From: a virus
Lineage: Duplodnaviria > Caudoviricetes
Virus record (IMG/VR): IMGVR_UViG_3300005805_000072
Location: 1-64,000 of that record
DNA length: 64,000 bases
Direction: 5' to 3' (one strand)
Shown here piece after piece: positions 27,263 through 37,645 of the stretch. The translations under genes and the position numbers were made by a program. The notes beneath the pieces were generated by a model, which was not told where the DNA came from, did not search any database, and worked only from the letters and a program-made list of their open reading frames with translations. Each line of letters opens with the position of its first letter. Position 1 is the first letter of the stretch.

Positions 27263-29819
27263 CAGTTACATAATCCCACCCCTCACCTTGTCGGATACCA
27301 TGTATGAGTGGTACACGCTCACGAACAATGAGATCATAGACAAGTTGAACCGCCTCAAGGTCTATGAGGTGGCTGGTGATACTGGCATAGCGGTAAATAC
27401 CAACGACAGTGGTGTGGCAACCGTCTATCTTGCAGAAATTATTCCTGGTCCGCATACCTTCACAGGAAACATCACATTTGATGGAACCGTTACGACTGTA
27501 AATACCAATCTCGTCACTATAGACGACTACAACCTCGTACTTGGTGCGGTTGGAACGGGAGGAACTGGTGGCACAAGCGATAATGTGATAACAGATGCGG
27601 GTGGCGGCGGCATAATAATCGCTGGTTCATGTGGCGACAAGTATTTCCTGTGGAAGGGATTTGAGGGGACAAGGACATACAGTGGATGGCGAATCAGCGA
27701 TGCTCTTGCCTTCACTGGAGATGCCAAGTTCTACTCTAAGAACAACAAGTTCATCTTCTCCGAAGGTGATGATGCAACCCCTGCTTCTCGCGTCACTATG
27801 TCAACATACAGCGGTGGTGCAACCGTTGATGTTGAGACATACTTTGATTCACCAGGAACAACATATGGAACCTTGTCCATGTTGGACGATGGCTCATCCC
27901 GAGTCATAAATGGTTCAATCATCAAGCGGTTCTCCGTGCCTGCTGGTGGAATAACAGGAATAGGTCTTACCTTTGGAATGGTGGTTAGGCACGATGTAAA
28001 CAGCGGAGGTATAACCCTTGCAAGGGCAAATACCGTTGCAAATGCCGAATCAATTGGCGTGGCAGTCAATCTGAACTTTGCCTCAAGTTATGTCGATGTA
28101 AATCTACTTGGATATGTCAGCGGAAACTTCAGTGGTGCTATAGCAAGTGCTGATGGGGTGACTAGTCTTGGCACAGGTGAATTCTACTTCCTCTCTGAAA
28201 ATGAGAGCGGAAAGATAACCAAGAATGCTCCGAGCGTCACAGGACAGGTCAGGAAGCCGATTCTTTATGCACTTGGAAGCAATCAGGCAATGGTGATGAA
28301 CTATGTCGGCAACAAGATTGTCGATACTGATGCCATCTATTCCAAGTTGAATGCATCTACGGTTATCATAAAGCATGAACCAGGATTGTTCAGCATCGGT
28401 GATACTGTGAGGTTTGAAGAAGGCATCACCGCAAACGACAGACCATTCGGTTCATATGTGAAGGCATCGAATAGCAGCACTGAGGTTGCCGAGGCACTTG
28501 GAATCATATCCAAGATCAACTATGGTGGAAACTCTGCTGCATCATTGATGACTGTGTCGGGATACATCGATCTTGCTGCATCTGGCAGGACATTCTCTCC
28601 AGGCATGGTCTACTTCGTTGGTTTCGATCCAGGAACTCTTGTAGACACCCCTCCATTGACTGTAAACTCGGTCAGAAAACCGATGATGGTTGCAGTCACG
28701 CCAACGGCGGGTATAGTTCAGAACTACGTCGGTCTCATAGTCACCACCAATACAGACACAGGAACAAGCATATTGATTCCTCGCGGTGGATCTGGTTTCA
28801 GAAACAAGTTGATCAATGGAAACTTCGATTTTTGGCAGAGAGGCACGACCTTCTCGTTCGTCAACACAATAACAGAGCCAAATCGCTACACTGCTGATAG
28901 ATGGAAACTCATAAACACCGGAGCAGCGGCAGAAGACAGACTTGCCGTATCTGTGAACCGATTGAAACTTGGAGTTGGGGAGATCAGCGATTCCACAGTT
29001 CATTCCAAGTACGGACTTGAGTTCAATATTGGCACTGGTGGATATGCCAGCGATTCAGCCACATATTTGTTCCAAAGAATTGAGGGAATAGAGCATATGC
29101 CAAAGGGATATGCCACACTATCCTTCTATGTAAAGTCAACAACCGATCTGGCAAAACTTGGAGTTTCATTCAGAAGAGACTTTGGTGGTGGAACGGCACC
29201 AGACTATCAGTTCACTGGAGTAGAAAAGAACTCGCAGAAGAATGCTGGTATAGTGGTTAGTGTTCCTAGCGACAGGTGGCTAAAAGTCAGTCATACCTTT
29301 GAACTTCCAGATTCAACTAATGGACTTATTGGTACAAGCGGAACGGATGGACCTGAGATCAGGTTCTTTATCCGCGCTGGATCGAACCTGGTTGGTTCGA
29401 CAGCAGATGTGCGTGAGGCTATAAATCCTAATCTTTCTGGTGTGAACAACTACAAGATATACCTTGCACAGGTTCAATTTGAGTATGGTCAGGATGCCAG
29501 CCTGTTTGAACTTAACGATCCCACATCGGAGTTCAACCGATGCCTGAGATACTATCAGACGACAAACAGCGACACACCATTCAGAAATATAACAGATGGA
29601 AACTCAAATGCATTGAATGATGATTCGATACCATTTGACTCCACCGACATAGTAGTTCGTTATCCCGTTGAGATACGAGATCCGGACAACTGCACGATAA
29701 CGATGAAGTCGCAGCCATCTTTCACACAAACCACGATCACCAAGTCCAAGAAGGGTTTCAAGACAACCAAGGCAGGTGGAACTGTGAACCTAAACTACGA
29801 AGTGGAATCTGAACTCTAA
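27240..29819 (+). CDS. tail fibre / receptor-binding protein
   Basis: SDTMYEWY..TN N-terminal anchor, two repeated ~100-aa modules, FRNKLINGNFDFWQRGT...YTADRW lectin-like domain. Confidence 0.8.
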   Translation: MPTGPANSSYIIPPLTLSDTMYEWYTLTNNEIIDKLNRLKVYEVAGDTGIAVNTNDSGVATVYLAEIIPGPHTFTGNITFDGTVTTVNTNLVTIDDYNLVLGAVGTGGTGGTSDNVITDAGGGGIIIAGSCGDKYFLWKGFEGTRTYSGWRISDALAFTGDAKFYSKNNKFIFSEGDDATPASRVTMSTYSGGATVDVETYFDSPGTTYGTLSMLDDGSSRVINGSIIKRFSVPAGGITGIGLTFGMVVRHDVNSGGITLARANTVANAESIGVAVNLNFASSYVDVNLLGYVSGNFSGAIASADGVTSLGTGEFYFLSENESGKITKNAPSVTGQVRKPILYALGSNQAMVMNYVGNKIVDTDAIYSKLNASTVIIKHEPGLFSIGDTVRFEEGITANDRPFGSYVKASNSSTEVAEALGIISKINYGGNSAASLMTVSGYIDLAASGRTFSPGMVYFVGFDPGTLVDTPPLTVNSVRKPMMVAVTPTAGIVQNYVGLIVTTNTDTGTSILIPRGGSGFRNKLINGNFDFWQRGTTFSFVNTITEPNRYTADRWKLINTGAAAEDRLAVSVNRLKLGVGEISDSTVHSKYGLEFNIGTGGYASDSATYLFQRIEGIEHMPKGYATLSFYVKSTTDLAKLGVSFRRDFGGGTAPDYQFTGVEKNSQKNAGIVVSVPSDRWLKVSHTFELPDSTNGLIGTSGTDGPEIRFFIRAGSNLVGSTADVREAINPNLSGVNNYKIYLAQVQFEYGQDASLFELNDPTSEFNRCLRYYQTTNSDTPFRNITDGNSNALNDDSIPFDSTDIVVRYPVEIRDPDNCTITMKSQPSFTQTTITKSKKGFKTTKAGGTVNLNYEVESEL

Positions 29820-29829
29820 AGAGGCATAA

Positions 29830-31692
29830 ATGGGATATAGCGCATTCGATCCAGTAGCACTTGCAGACACCCGTTCAGTCAAGAACAAGATAGATGTCGG
29901 AGGAATAACATCCGACGTTCTGGCTGTTGGCGATGTGATTCGATACGATCCCGAGACAGACACATACATGAAGGCGCAAGCCAACAATGATGTGAATGCC
30001 AACTTCATCGGAGTTGTCGAGTCGGTCGATGGAACCAGCATCACTGTGGTTTACTCTGGTGAAATATCCTTGCCCGATACAGTCATGTCATTGGTTGCGG
30101 GGTATACTGGAGCGCAGGTTTTCTATCTTTCCGACACACAGGAAGGAAAGTTGACTACCACGGCTCCAAGCAGCCCCGCAAGCATAATCAAACCCGTGAT
30201 CATATCAATGGGAACCGTTCAAGATGGCATTCCATCTGGCGCACAGGGAACCGTTGATGGAATTGTCGTAAACTCATTGGGAACCAAGATCAGCGGAGAT
30301 TCAACGGTTGATCTAAGTGATATACAGCCCGTTGGATCAGTCCTTGCCTTTGCAGGAAAGACTGGAGATATTCCAGCGGGATGGGACATCTGCGATGGTG
30401 GGTATCTAAGCACAACGACATATTCCGATCTATATGGAGCATTGAACTACGGAAAGTTGTATGGGTTCAAGCAACTGGTAAACCTTCAGAAGGTTACTGC
30501 CAGTGGAAGCGGCATAGTCAACATAAACAATCTGATAGGAAGTCAGTTCTTGGTGACAAGAGCAGGTCTGTCCGATTCATTCCGTTGCACCGTGCTGAGT
30601 GGAACAGTCTCAGGAACATCAATCACAAGTGCCGTTGTCGAGGTTGATCCAAACTATGTCAATGGAGGATATCACGACTCCGAGTTGCAAAACGGAGATC
30701 TCTGTCGTTTCTATATTGATGGTGAGATTTTTGATGCGGTTTATTCCGTTACAAACACCCCCGCAAAGACAGAATTCAAGAAACCCGACTTGAGAGCAAG
30801 ATTCATCATTGGTTCCTCACGCGGTTATACCGGTCAAGAGAATACTGCATTCAGCACATATACAGTGGGTCAGTTCGGTGGCGAAGAGTTTCATACTCTT
30901 CTTGCTAATGAGATGCCAATTCATGCACACGGAATCACCTGGACACTTGAACTTGCTGGAAGCGTGGGTGCCACACACGATCTCTATACCGAGGAATCGG
31001 GAGCGCATACGCATCTTGGAAGACCATTCTCGAATGGTCGAGATCCAAATAACTCTGCGAATGGTGTTGGAATTAGAGGAGATCTTCAGCCTGGAGATCC
31101 TCCTCCAACCAATGAAAGTTCGAACATCACCACCGAAGCGGGAAGTCACGTTCACAACATTCGCGGAAACATCTATGTAAGTGCGACTGATTTGCTCCCA
31201 ACGTTTGATTTCGGAGTTCAAAATGCAGGAGCAAATCTAGCCCACAACAATGTACCACAACACATTGTCATGTACTGGATCATCAAGACCCGCAAGGATT
31301 CATATGCCAAGATATACAAACTGGGTCCGTCTGGTGGTGGAGCAATCGTGGCAAGAAACACAGCAAAGAGATGGGTTCGTGCCACAAGTGGAACGGGATG
31401 CACCACCGACATCGGCTATGGAACATGGGGAATATCAAGGGCTTCTCAAGGCAACTATGTCTTTACCCATGATATGCTCACCGATCTAGGTGCCACTGGT
31501 GCAACTCAATACATAGTTGAGGCAACTGTGACTAAATCTGGATCGGGTCTTACACAGATGTTTGTTGCCAATCCCTATAATCTAGGTGGAGTGACATTCG
31601 GTGTCATGATCTACGACATAATAGGGGCAACTCATAGTGACAATTTTCAGTATCTCAATCTGACCTTGTATGGTGGCGGAACTGCCCTCTGA
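29830..31692 (+). CDS. tail fibre with phage tail-collar domain
   Basis: QPVGSVLAFAG...PAGWDICDG...PDLRARFIIG...GGEE.HTL...MP.H.H...NVPQHIVMYWIIKT. Confidence 0.85.
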   Translation: MGYSAFDPVALADTRSVKNKIDVGGITSDVLAVGDVIRYDPETDTYMKAQANNDVNANFIGVVESVDGTSITVVYSGEISLPDTVMSLVAGYTGAQVFYLSDTQEGKLTTTAPSSPASIIKPVIISMGTVQDGIPSGAQGTVDGIVVNSLGTKISGDSTVDLSDIQPVGSVLAFAGKTGDIPAGWDICDGGYLSTTTYSDLYGALNYGKLYGFKQLVNLQKVTASGSGIVNINNLIGSQFLVTRAGLSDSFRCTVLSGTVSGTSITSAVVEVDPNYVNGGYHDSELQNGDLCRFYIDGEIFDAVYSVTNTPAKTEFKKPDLRARFIIGSSRGYTGQENTAFSTYTVGQFGGEEFHTLLANEMPIHAHGITWTLELAGSVGATHDLYTEESGAHTHLGRPFSNGRDPNNSANGVGIRGDLQPGDPPPTNESSNITTEAGSHVHNIRGNIYVSATDLLPTFDFGVQNAGANLAHNNVPQHIVMYWIIKTRKDSYAKIYKLGPSGGGAIVARNTAKRWVRATSGTGCTTDIGYGTWGISRASQGNYVFTHDMLTDLGATGATQYIVEATVTKSGSGLTQMFVANPYNLGGVTFGVMIYDIIGATHSDNFQYLNLTLYGGGTAL

Positions 31693-31701
31693 GGAGTATA
31701 A

Positions 31702-33555
31702 ATGGGAGAATTCTCAGCACATAATGTAACCCTTCCCGCTGGTTCACGGTTTCCAATCGTGAATCAACAGGTGTACTATGTTGCACCGTGGGGAAACGAT
31801 GCGGAAAATTCTGGCATAAGTGAGAATTCGCCGTTCAGAACTCCCGCGCGGGCAATAGAAGCCCTTGGCGACAAGGTGATAACTGAAAGTGGTTTTGTAA
31901 CCATAAAGTTCGCTCCAGGCATCTATGATCTTGACGAACAACTTGTATTGGATCACCCACAGGGAAATCGTATAGCATTTGTTGGTGCCGAGCCTGAGAT
32001 ACTTCTCTTACAGTACGTCAGCGACTATTTCACAACAGGCTTCACCGCTGATGGATTTGCAAAATACTATTCCGGAGTGACTCATGGAATCACTCTTGCT
32101 TGTGTCAGACCAAGCGACAGCACGGTTTATCAGGCAATAACTCCAAGCAACCCTCTTGGTGTGTTTCACAAGGTTTCTGGTTGTGGAGTTGTCATAGAGG
32201 ACTTCGATCTCGTTCATTCGGACAACTATAATCCCGCATATTACTATTCGGCATATCCATTCAATGCAAGGAACAATTTGCCAAGACAGGGTTGCTTGCT
32301 TGGCAGCCACATATTGATGGGAGTAAGTGGTGCAAGCGGCTGTGGCAGTGTCATACAGATACAGTCCTCAATTCGCGATGATTGGTTTTCTATTCCACAT
32401 GGAAACTCGGCATCATGGAGTGCGATGTTTGGAAATGCACAATCAGGAATATCCCATTATTCTGCAACCCACAATGGCAACTCGGCTGATCGTACAGAAA
32501 CTGTAACAAATACATGGTTTCAAAGAGGAAACTCTTTTGGTGGATTGCATTTCAAGACTCATTTCCAAAGCAACATTCCGGTTGGATACTATGGGTTGAA
32601 TGAAACCACGGGAGTTCCAAATGGAGCATCAGCAAACATAAAGGGTGCAACATTTCCGATATTCAGTCCCAGAGGGGGAACTGCTGTATTCACATATAGG
32701 GATGTTGCAGGATTCGTGAATGTTGGGGGTGATTATTCTGGACGATTCACCGCAACAGGACCAGCGGGAACTTTTCTCAATGATGGTGTATCATTCGGAA
32801 AAAACTATCACGAACATTTCCCCGTTGCAGGAAGGGCAGGGATTGGCGATTCGGGTTCATGGGGAACCGTTAATGCAAATCGCGTAACTGTCAAGATCAT
32901 TCCAACGGTATTCCGTAGGTTTGGAAACATCCTCAAGATCGGTTCGGGTGGAATGAGGAAGATAAAGAACATCTTCTTTGATGGCAAAGACATGCCATCC
33001 CACTACAAGTTGGTTGGAAACAGCGAGACGGGATACAGCAACAAGTATGGTGTCTATGCTGTCAGTGCAACTCTGGGCGAAGTTGTTAACAACGAACCAA
33101 GTGATCTTGGCATAGGTCTGTTCAGTAACTGCGGTATGAAGGATTTCCATGTTGCATTCTATGCGGATCGCGGAACGGATGCCTACCTCGGAAAACTAGT
33201 TGCATCAAACTGCACATATGGAATACTTGCAAACAACAGATCAAGCATCAGCACAGTTGGAAGCGTATGCACAGGTATGGCATCCACTGGTTTCGGAGCA
33301 TTTACTTCATCGAACATGGTTGCAGATAGATGCTTTGCTTCTTTCGTGGGGCAGTCACATGTGACCATTCGCTTGAAATCTGTTCCTACTGGAACTACGT
33401 TGGACGACAACTCGTACAATATAGGTCAGACATTTGCAAGTCCGGATGGAAAGATAAAGGGAACTGTCTGGGATTGGGATCCAAGGGACAAGACCCTTGT
33501 GATAGCAGTCAGGGCTGGAATGTTTGAAGCAGCAGACGCAATATTGCAAGGATAA
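31702..33555 (+). CDS. tailspike-like right-handed beta-helix protein
   Basis: VYYVAPWGND..NSG.S...PFRT..RAI pectate-lyase-like cap; ~22-residue Asn/Ser/Cys ladders near the C-terminus. Confidence 0.7.
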   Translation: MGEFSAHNVTLPAGSRFPIVNQQVYYVAPWGNDAENSGISENSPFRTPARAIEALGDKVITESGFVTIKFAPGIYDLDEQLVLDHPQGNRIAFVGAEPEILLLQYVSDYFTTGFTADGFAKYYSGVTHGITLACVRPSDSTVYQAITPSNPLGVFHKVSGCGVVIEDFDLVHSDNYNPAYYYSAYPFNARNNLPRQGCLLGSHILMGVSGASGCGSVIQIQSSIRDDWFSIPHGNSASWSAMFGNAQSGISHYSATHNGNSADRTETVTNTWFQRGNSFGGLHFKTHFQSNIPVGYYGLNETTGVPNGASANIKGATFPIFSPRGGTAVFTYRDVAGFVNVGGDYSGRFTATGPAGTFLNDGVSFGKNYHEHFPVAGRAGIGDSGSWGTVNANRVTVKIIPTVFRRFGNILKIGSGGMRKIKNIFFDGKDMPSHYKLVGNSETGYSNKYGVYAVSATLGEVVNNEPSDLGIGLFSNCGMKDFHVAFYADRGTDAYLGKLVASNCTYGILANNRSSISTVGSVCTGMASTGFGAFTSSNMVADRCFASFVGQSHVTIRLKSVPTGTTLDDNSYNIGQTFASPDGKIKGTVWDWDPRDKTLVIAVRAGMFEAADAILQG

Positions 33556-33561
33556 ACGATC

Positions 33562-34596
33562 ATGCCCACGGGACTAGGAACAGCAACTTCAGGTGGAAAT
33601 GGATCTTCCAGCGGAGGACAACCGGGTGATCCAACCGATTCGGGAACCGATGTCGGAAATGGCTCACAGGAGAGCGGTGGAACCACCGTGATATCCACGG
33701 GTAACGGTCCAACTACTGGATATTCATATGATGTGATCAACATCTATGGTGGGGTTGGAAGTGCATATCTTGCTCTCAATAACTCCAATGTGTCATGCAA
33801 CTCCTCGGTGGGCGTGTTCAATCGAAACAATACATTTGCAGCAATCAATACATCAACTGGAAACTTCTCCAACTGCTGTTCTTATGCAGCAAATCAGGGA
33901 TTCATTGCATATGATTCCTCCAAGGTCGCCACCTATTTTTGCACGGCAACACTATCTGCAAGCAACTATCGCTGCATAGCAGCATCCTCTCTTTACTGCA
34001 ATCTTTCTGCCTCGGTCTTCCCAATAATCTATGGAACATATGTCTCCAACACATCGTCATTTGTGTCCAATGAATACGAGACTATGACGATGATTTTTGC
34101 ATCAAATGCACCAACACCAACACACTTCAGAAGCGCACAGAACTCTTTCTGCACAAACAACTCAAATAGCCTAACAACAAAGACAACAGCAGGTCTGTCT
34201 GGTCCTGTGCTGAACAGCAAGAACATCAGCCTCATATGGTCTCAGATATGGAGAAATCCGATAACCAATGCAGGATTTCCACTGACCAATCAAACTGGTC
34301 AGGGGGTGAATCCTTATAGCACTCCTGCACCAGCAAGTTACAGATATGTCCCAATGGTTCAATCGGTGGACTATTTCCAACTACCATTTAGTTCTGCAAA
34401 CGGCAATTTTCGTCCGGGTGAAATTGATACATCTGCTATTGTCACTGTTTATTCACAGGGAAGAAACTGCTACACATCTGTAAAATCAACAGTTGATGGT
34501 CATATGTTCCCACCGGAGGATGGTAGCGGAGCAATAGCAGCAGACGCCCTTCAAGGCGTATTTAATGTTACCAGTTTGCTTGCAACACTCACATGA
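33562..34596 (+). CDS. beta-helix-repeat protein with Gly/Ser/Thr-rich N-terminal linker
   Basis: Continues the same Asn/Ser/Cys ladder repeats; same reading frame as the previous gene. Confidence 0.7.
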   Translation: MPTGLGTATSGGNGSSSGGQPGDPTDSGTDVGNGSQESGGTTVISTGNGPTTGYSYDVINIYGGVGSAYLALNNSNVSCNSSVGVFNRNNTFAAINTSTGNFSNCCSYAANQGFIAYDSSKVATYFCTATLSASNYRCIAASSLYCNLSASVFPIIYGTYVSNTSSFVSNEYETMTMIFASNAPTPTHFRSAQNSFCTNNSNSLTTKTTAGLSGPVLNSKNISLIWSQIWRNPITNAGFPLTNQTGQGVNPYSTPAPASYRYVPMVQSVDYFQLPFSSANGNFRPGEIDTSAIVTVYSQGRNCYTSVKSTVDGHMFPPEDGSGAIAADALQGVFNVTSLLATLT

Positions 34597-34614
34597 GATT
34601 AGGGGAAAGTAAAA

Positions 34615-36588
34615 ATGGGATATAGGCTCTGCACATTCGATCAAACTGGCAAGTTGACCTCGGTATCACCAATGTCGGTAGACAGCAACATCGACATGGT
34701 TTTTCCCTTTGTTGGTTTGAATCCTGGCACATATTCTTTTGTGGATGATTCGATATTGTCGGCAGAAGCGATAGACAATCTTGGGGACAACTCAGAGGTT
34801 CTCACCATCAATGATGGAGCAGATGTCAGGACACGAAATCCATCGGTTAGATCCCTCTATGATCCCAGAGTTGATGTCACCTTGTTCATGCCAAATCCAC
34901 TGCCTTATTTCGTTCGTGGGACAAATATCATACAGGATCTCACAAAAGTCACAGCAGTTGGAAATGTTATAGCCCCCGAAACCAAGCCTATTCATAGCGA
35001 TACCGTTTACAAGTTTCCACCATGCTCGGGCAAATTCACCAAAAGCAGCATAGGATATACGGGTGGATATCTCTATATCACAAACCTCTCCAAGTTGGCA
35101 AGAGTTGGGGGATATACTGCTCCACACAACAATATCGGAGTTGGACTCACATATTCATGGGCAGTGGAGTTGTTCTTCTATCCAACAGGAACGGGATCTA
35201 ACTTTACTCTATTGCAGAAGGGAAGATCGGGAACTGCGGCTAACTGGAAATTAGGATATGACAATTCGGCTGGACAACTTCAGTTTGCATGGCAATCATA
35301 TGGTAACACAAGTGGCTACAACTACACTCAGAATATAGTCAGCACCGCAGGAATGACTGTGAATACATGGCATCATGTTGCCGTTGCAATGGTTAGAAAT
35401 GGAGCGGGTGTCTGCTATCAGATGTCTGGTTATTTCAATGGAGTCAACAGGTTCTCTTTGGGAGTGACTGCTAGTACCACACCCGAAGTCCGCTATGATC
35501 ATGGTCTATATGTCGGCAACACTCCAGAAGGAACCGAGTCATTTAGTGGATACATTGACTCAATCAGAATATTGGAATCTCCGGGTACAGGTGGTTTGTT
35601 CGGACCAAGCGGTTATGGCTTCCTTCCATTCGGAGGAGGAACGCTCGGAGTTCCCACCTTATCAGGATTCACTCGTTCATCACAAACCGCTGCAATACTG
35701 AACTTTAACAACCTTCCCAACAGTACCGATTTCTATGTCGAAAGCCTCGACTTCATCAGTGGTGTGGTCTCCACTATCAAAAATCTCACACTTGATGCAA
35801 CTGGTGTCACTGGCTATGAAATTGCTGAAGTTGGAGTCAAAGATGTCGTGAGGTGGACGATTGGATATACGGCAGGAGCAACGGGTTATTCGGATCCAAC
35901 GGGATTCACCACAAACTATGGAGCAATATGTAACCCGTTTGTGGACACAACTTCTCAAGGAAGCACAGTAAACAATCATGGGTATGACTATGCATTCTCA
36001 CTGAGTGGAGTATATGATAACAATCCATCATTGAATGTCTATCAGGTCAACTATAGGAATGATCTGAGATATGATTTTGGTCTTGAGATTCTCACCATGA
36101 TCGAAGGAATTGCAGGAAACACTGGATCATCTGGATCGATATTTGCTCCTCAGTTCGGAAAAAATCCATTCTACAGGCTGTTCAATGGAGCAACCGGTGC
36201 GTGTGGAAATTGCTATGGAGTCGGATTGGCACACAATTCACTCTTCATAAATCCAGCGGATAACACCACCATGAATTACATAATGAACAACGGATATCTT
36301 GTTACGCAGGGAATATGCTCTGCAAGTTATTCATTCAAGGATGGAAGAGGTCTTACAAGGAACCTGACCGCAACCGACATAAGCAATTTGCGCTTTGACA
36401 TAATGGAGTATCAGAACAAGATTGTGACTGGATATAGGGGAGTAAAGGATCAGATAGAAGCAGCAGCAACACCCACTGAGGTGAAGTTGGCAAGAAAGAA
36501 CAAGACATACAACAATACCTTTGGTGCCGGACTCGACACAGCAATACTCGGACCAAAGGATAGTGGAGGAAGCCTCTCCCTAGAATGA
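34615..36588 (+). CDS. LamG/concanavalin-A-like domain fibre protein
   Basis: WAVELFFYP...WHHVAVAM...GYFNG...FSGYIDSIRI; C-terminus resembles DUF4376-type fibre-assembly domains. Confidence 0.8.
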   Translation: MGYRLCTFDQTGKLTSVSPMSVDSNIDMVFPFVGLNPGTYSFVDDSILSAEAIDNLGDNSEVLTINDGADVRTRNPSVRSLYDPRVDVTLFMPNPLPYFVRGTNIIQDLTKVTAVGNVIAPETKPIHSDTVYKFPPCSGKFTKSSIGYTGGYLYITNLSKLARVGGYTAPHNNIGVGLTYSWAVELFFYPTGTGSNFTLLQKGRSGTAANWKLGYDNSAGQLQFAWQSYGNTSGYNYTQNIVSTAGMTVNTWHHVAVAMVRNGAGVCYQMSGYFNGVNRFSLGVTASTTPEVRYDHGLYVGNTPEGTESFSGYIDSIRILESPGTGGLFGPSGYGFLPFGGGTLGVPTLSGFTRSSQTAAILNFNNLPNSTDFYVESLDFISGVVSTIKNLTLDATGVTGYEIAEVGVKDVVRWTIGYTAGATGYSDPTGFTTNYGAICNPFVDTTSQGSTVNNHGYDYAFSLSGVYDNNPSLNVYQVNYRNDLRYDFGLEILTMIEGIAGNTGSSGSIFAPQFGKNPFYRLFNGATGACGNCYGVGLAHNSLFINPADNTTMNYIMNNGYLVTQGICSASYSFKDGRGLTRNLTATDISNLRFDIMEYQNKIVTGYRGVKDQIEAAATPTEVKLARKNKTYNNTFGAGLDTAILGPKDSGGSLSLE

Positions 36589-36872
36589 GAAACTTTCGCA
36601 GATCAGGTGATGTATTGTTCGTGAATGGAGAGCAGTTTGCTCTATCTGATCTCCTAATGCTATACCCCGATTATAGTCATGTTGACAAGCAGATTCACTA
36701 TTATGATGGGAAAAAGCACTATGTCTCGGACGGCGTCAATCAGCGGGGATGTCCCATTCCATATCCGCTCGCAGAGGAACTTTCAACTCGCTTGCCAGAA
36801 CTAAGAATGTGCAAGAGCCAGCGTATCAACGACCATAAGTATTTTGAGAATCTTCGTAATGCAGGGAGGTAA
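36585..36872 (+). CDS. hypothetical protein
   Basis: 95-aa ORF translationally coupled on both sides. Confidence 0.7.
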   Translation: MRNFRRSGDVLFVNGEQFALSDLLMLYPDYSHVDKQIHYYDGKKHYVSDGVNQRGCPIPYPLAEELSTRLPELRMCKSQRINDHKYFENLRNAGR

Positions 36873-36874
36873 AA

Positions 36875-37645
36875 ATGGCAATCGCTTCAAGAGAAGATCT
36901 CAAGGACTATGCACTTCGCAGGCTCGGCTTTCCCGTCATCGAAATCAATGTCGATGATGCTCAGGTCGAAGACCGTATTGACGATGCATTGCAGTTCTTT
37001 TCACAGTACCATTTCGATGGTATTGAACGAGCATACCTCCCTTATGTCATAACGCAGAATGACATAACCAACAAGTACATAGACACGAACCAAATCCCCA
37101 CAGGTTCAAGCGGTGGTGAGATTGTAACTATCACAAAGGTTCATGTCATCAATCAGGCAATGCAGGGCGGTATGTTCAGCGTTCAGTACCAACTGATGTT
37201 GAACGACTATTTCAATGGATTCCTCACCGGTACATCCAACCTCAACTACTATGACACAACGAAGCAGTATCTATCCTTGCTACAGTTGATCCTCAATCCC
37301 GACAAGAATGTGGAGTTCAGCAGAGTCACGAACAAACTGAAACTCGAAACGGATTGGTCTGTGACTTTCAATGTCGGGGACAAAATATTGGTCGAGGCAT
37401 TTGTTGCCTTGAATCCAGAAACCTACCCCGAAATATACAATGACATTCTGCTGAAGAAGTATGTTACCGCTATGATAAAGAGACAGTGGGCTGCAAACCT
37501 CAGCAAGTTCTCCAACATCCCCCTTCCTGGTGGGGCAAAGTTCGATGCTGCCACCATGTATACCGATGCTGTCACCGAACTAAATCAGATAGAGGATACC
37601 GTTCAGAGCAAGTATGAACTTCCTGTTGATTTCATGGTGGGCTGA
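36875..37645 (+). CDS. gp13: neck protein
   Basis: SREDLKDYALRRLGFPVIEINVDDAQVEDRID.ALQFF..YHFDG...KRQW..NLSKF....LPGG. Confidence 0.95.
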   Translation: MAIASREDLKDYALRRLGFPVIEINVDDAQVEDRIDDALQFFSQYHFDGIERAYLPYVITQNDITNKYIDTNQIPTGSSGGEIVTITKVHVINQAMQGGMFSVQYQLMLNDYFNGFLTGTSNLNYYDTTKQYLSLLQLILNPDKNVEFSRVTNKLKLETDWSVTFNVGDKILVEAFVALNPETYPEIYNDILLKKYVTAMIKRQWAANLSKFSNIPLPGGAKFDAATMYTDAVTELNQIEDTVQSKYELPVDFMVG

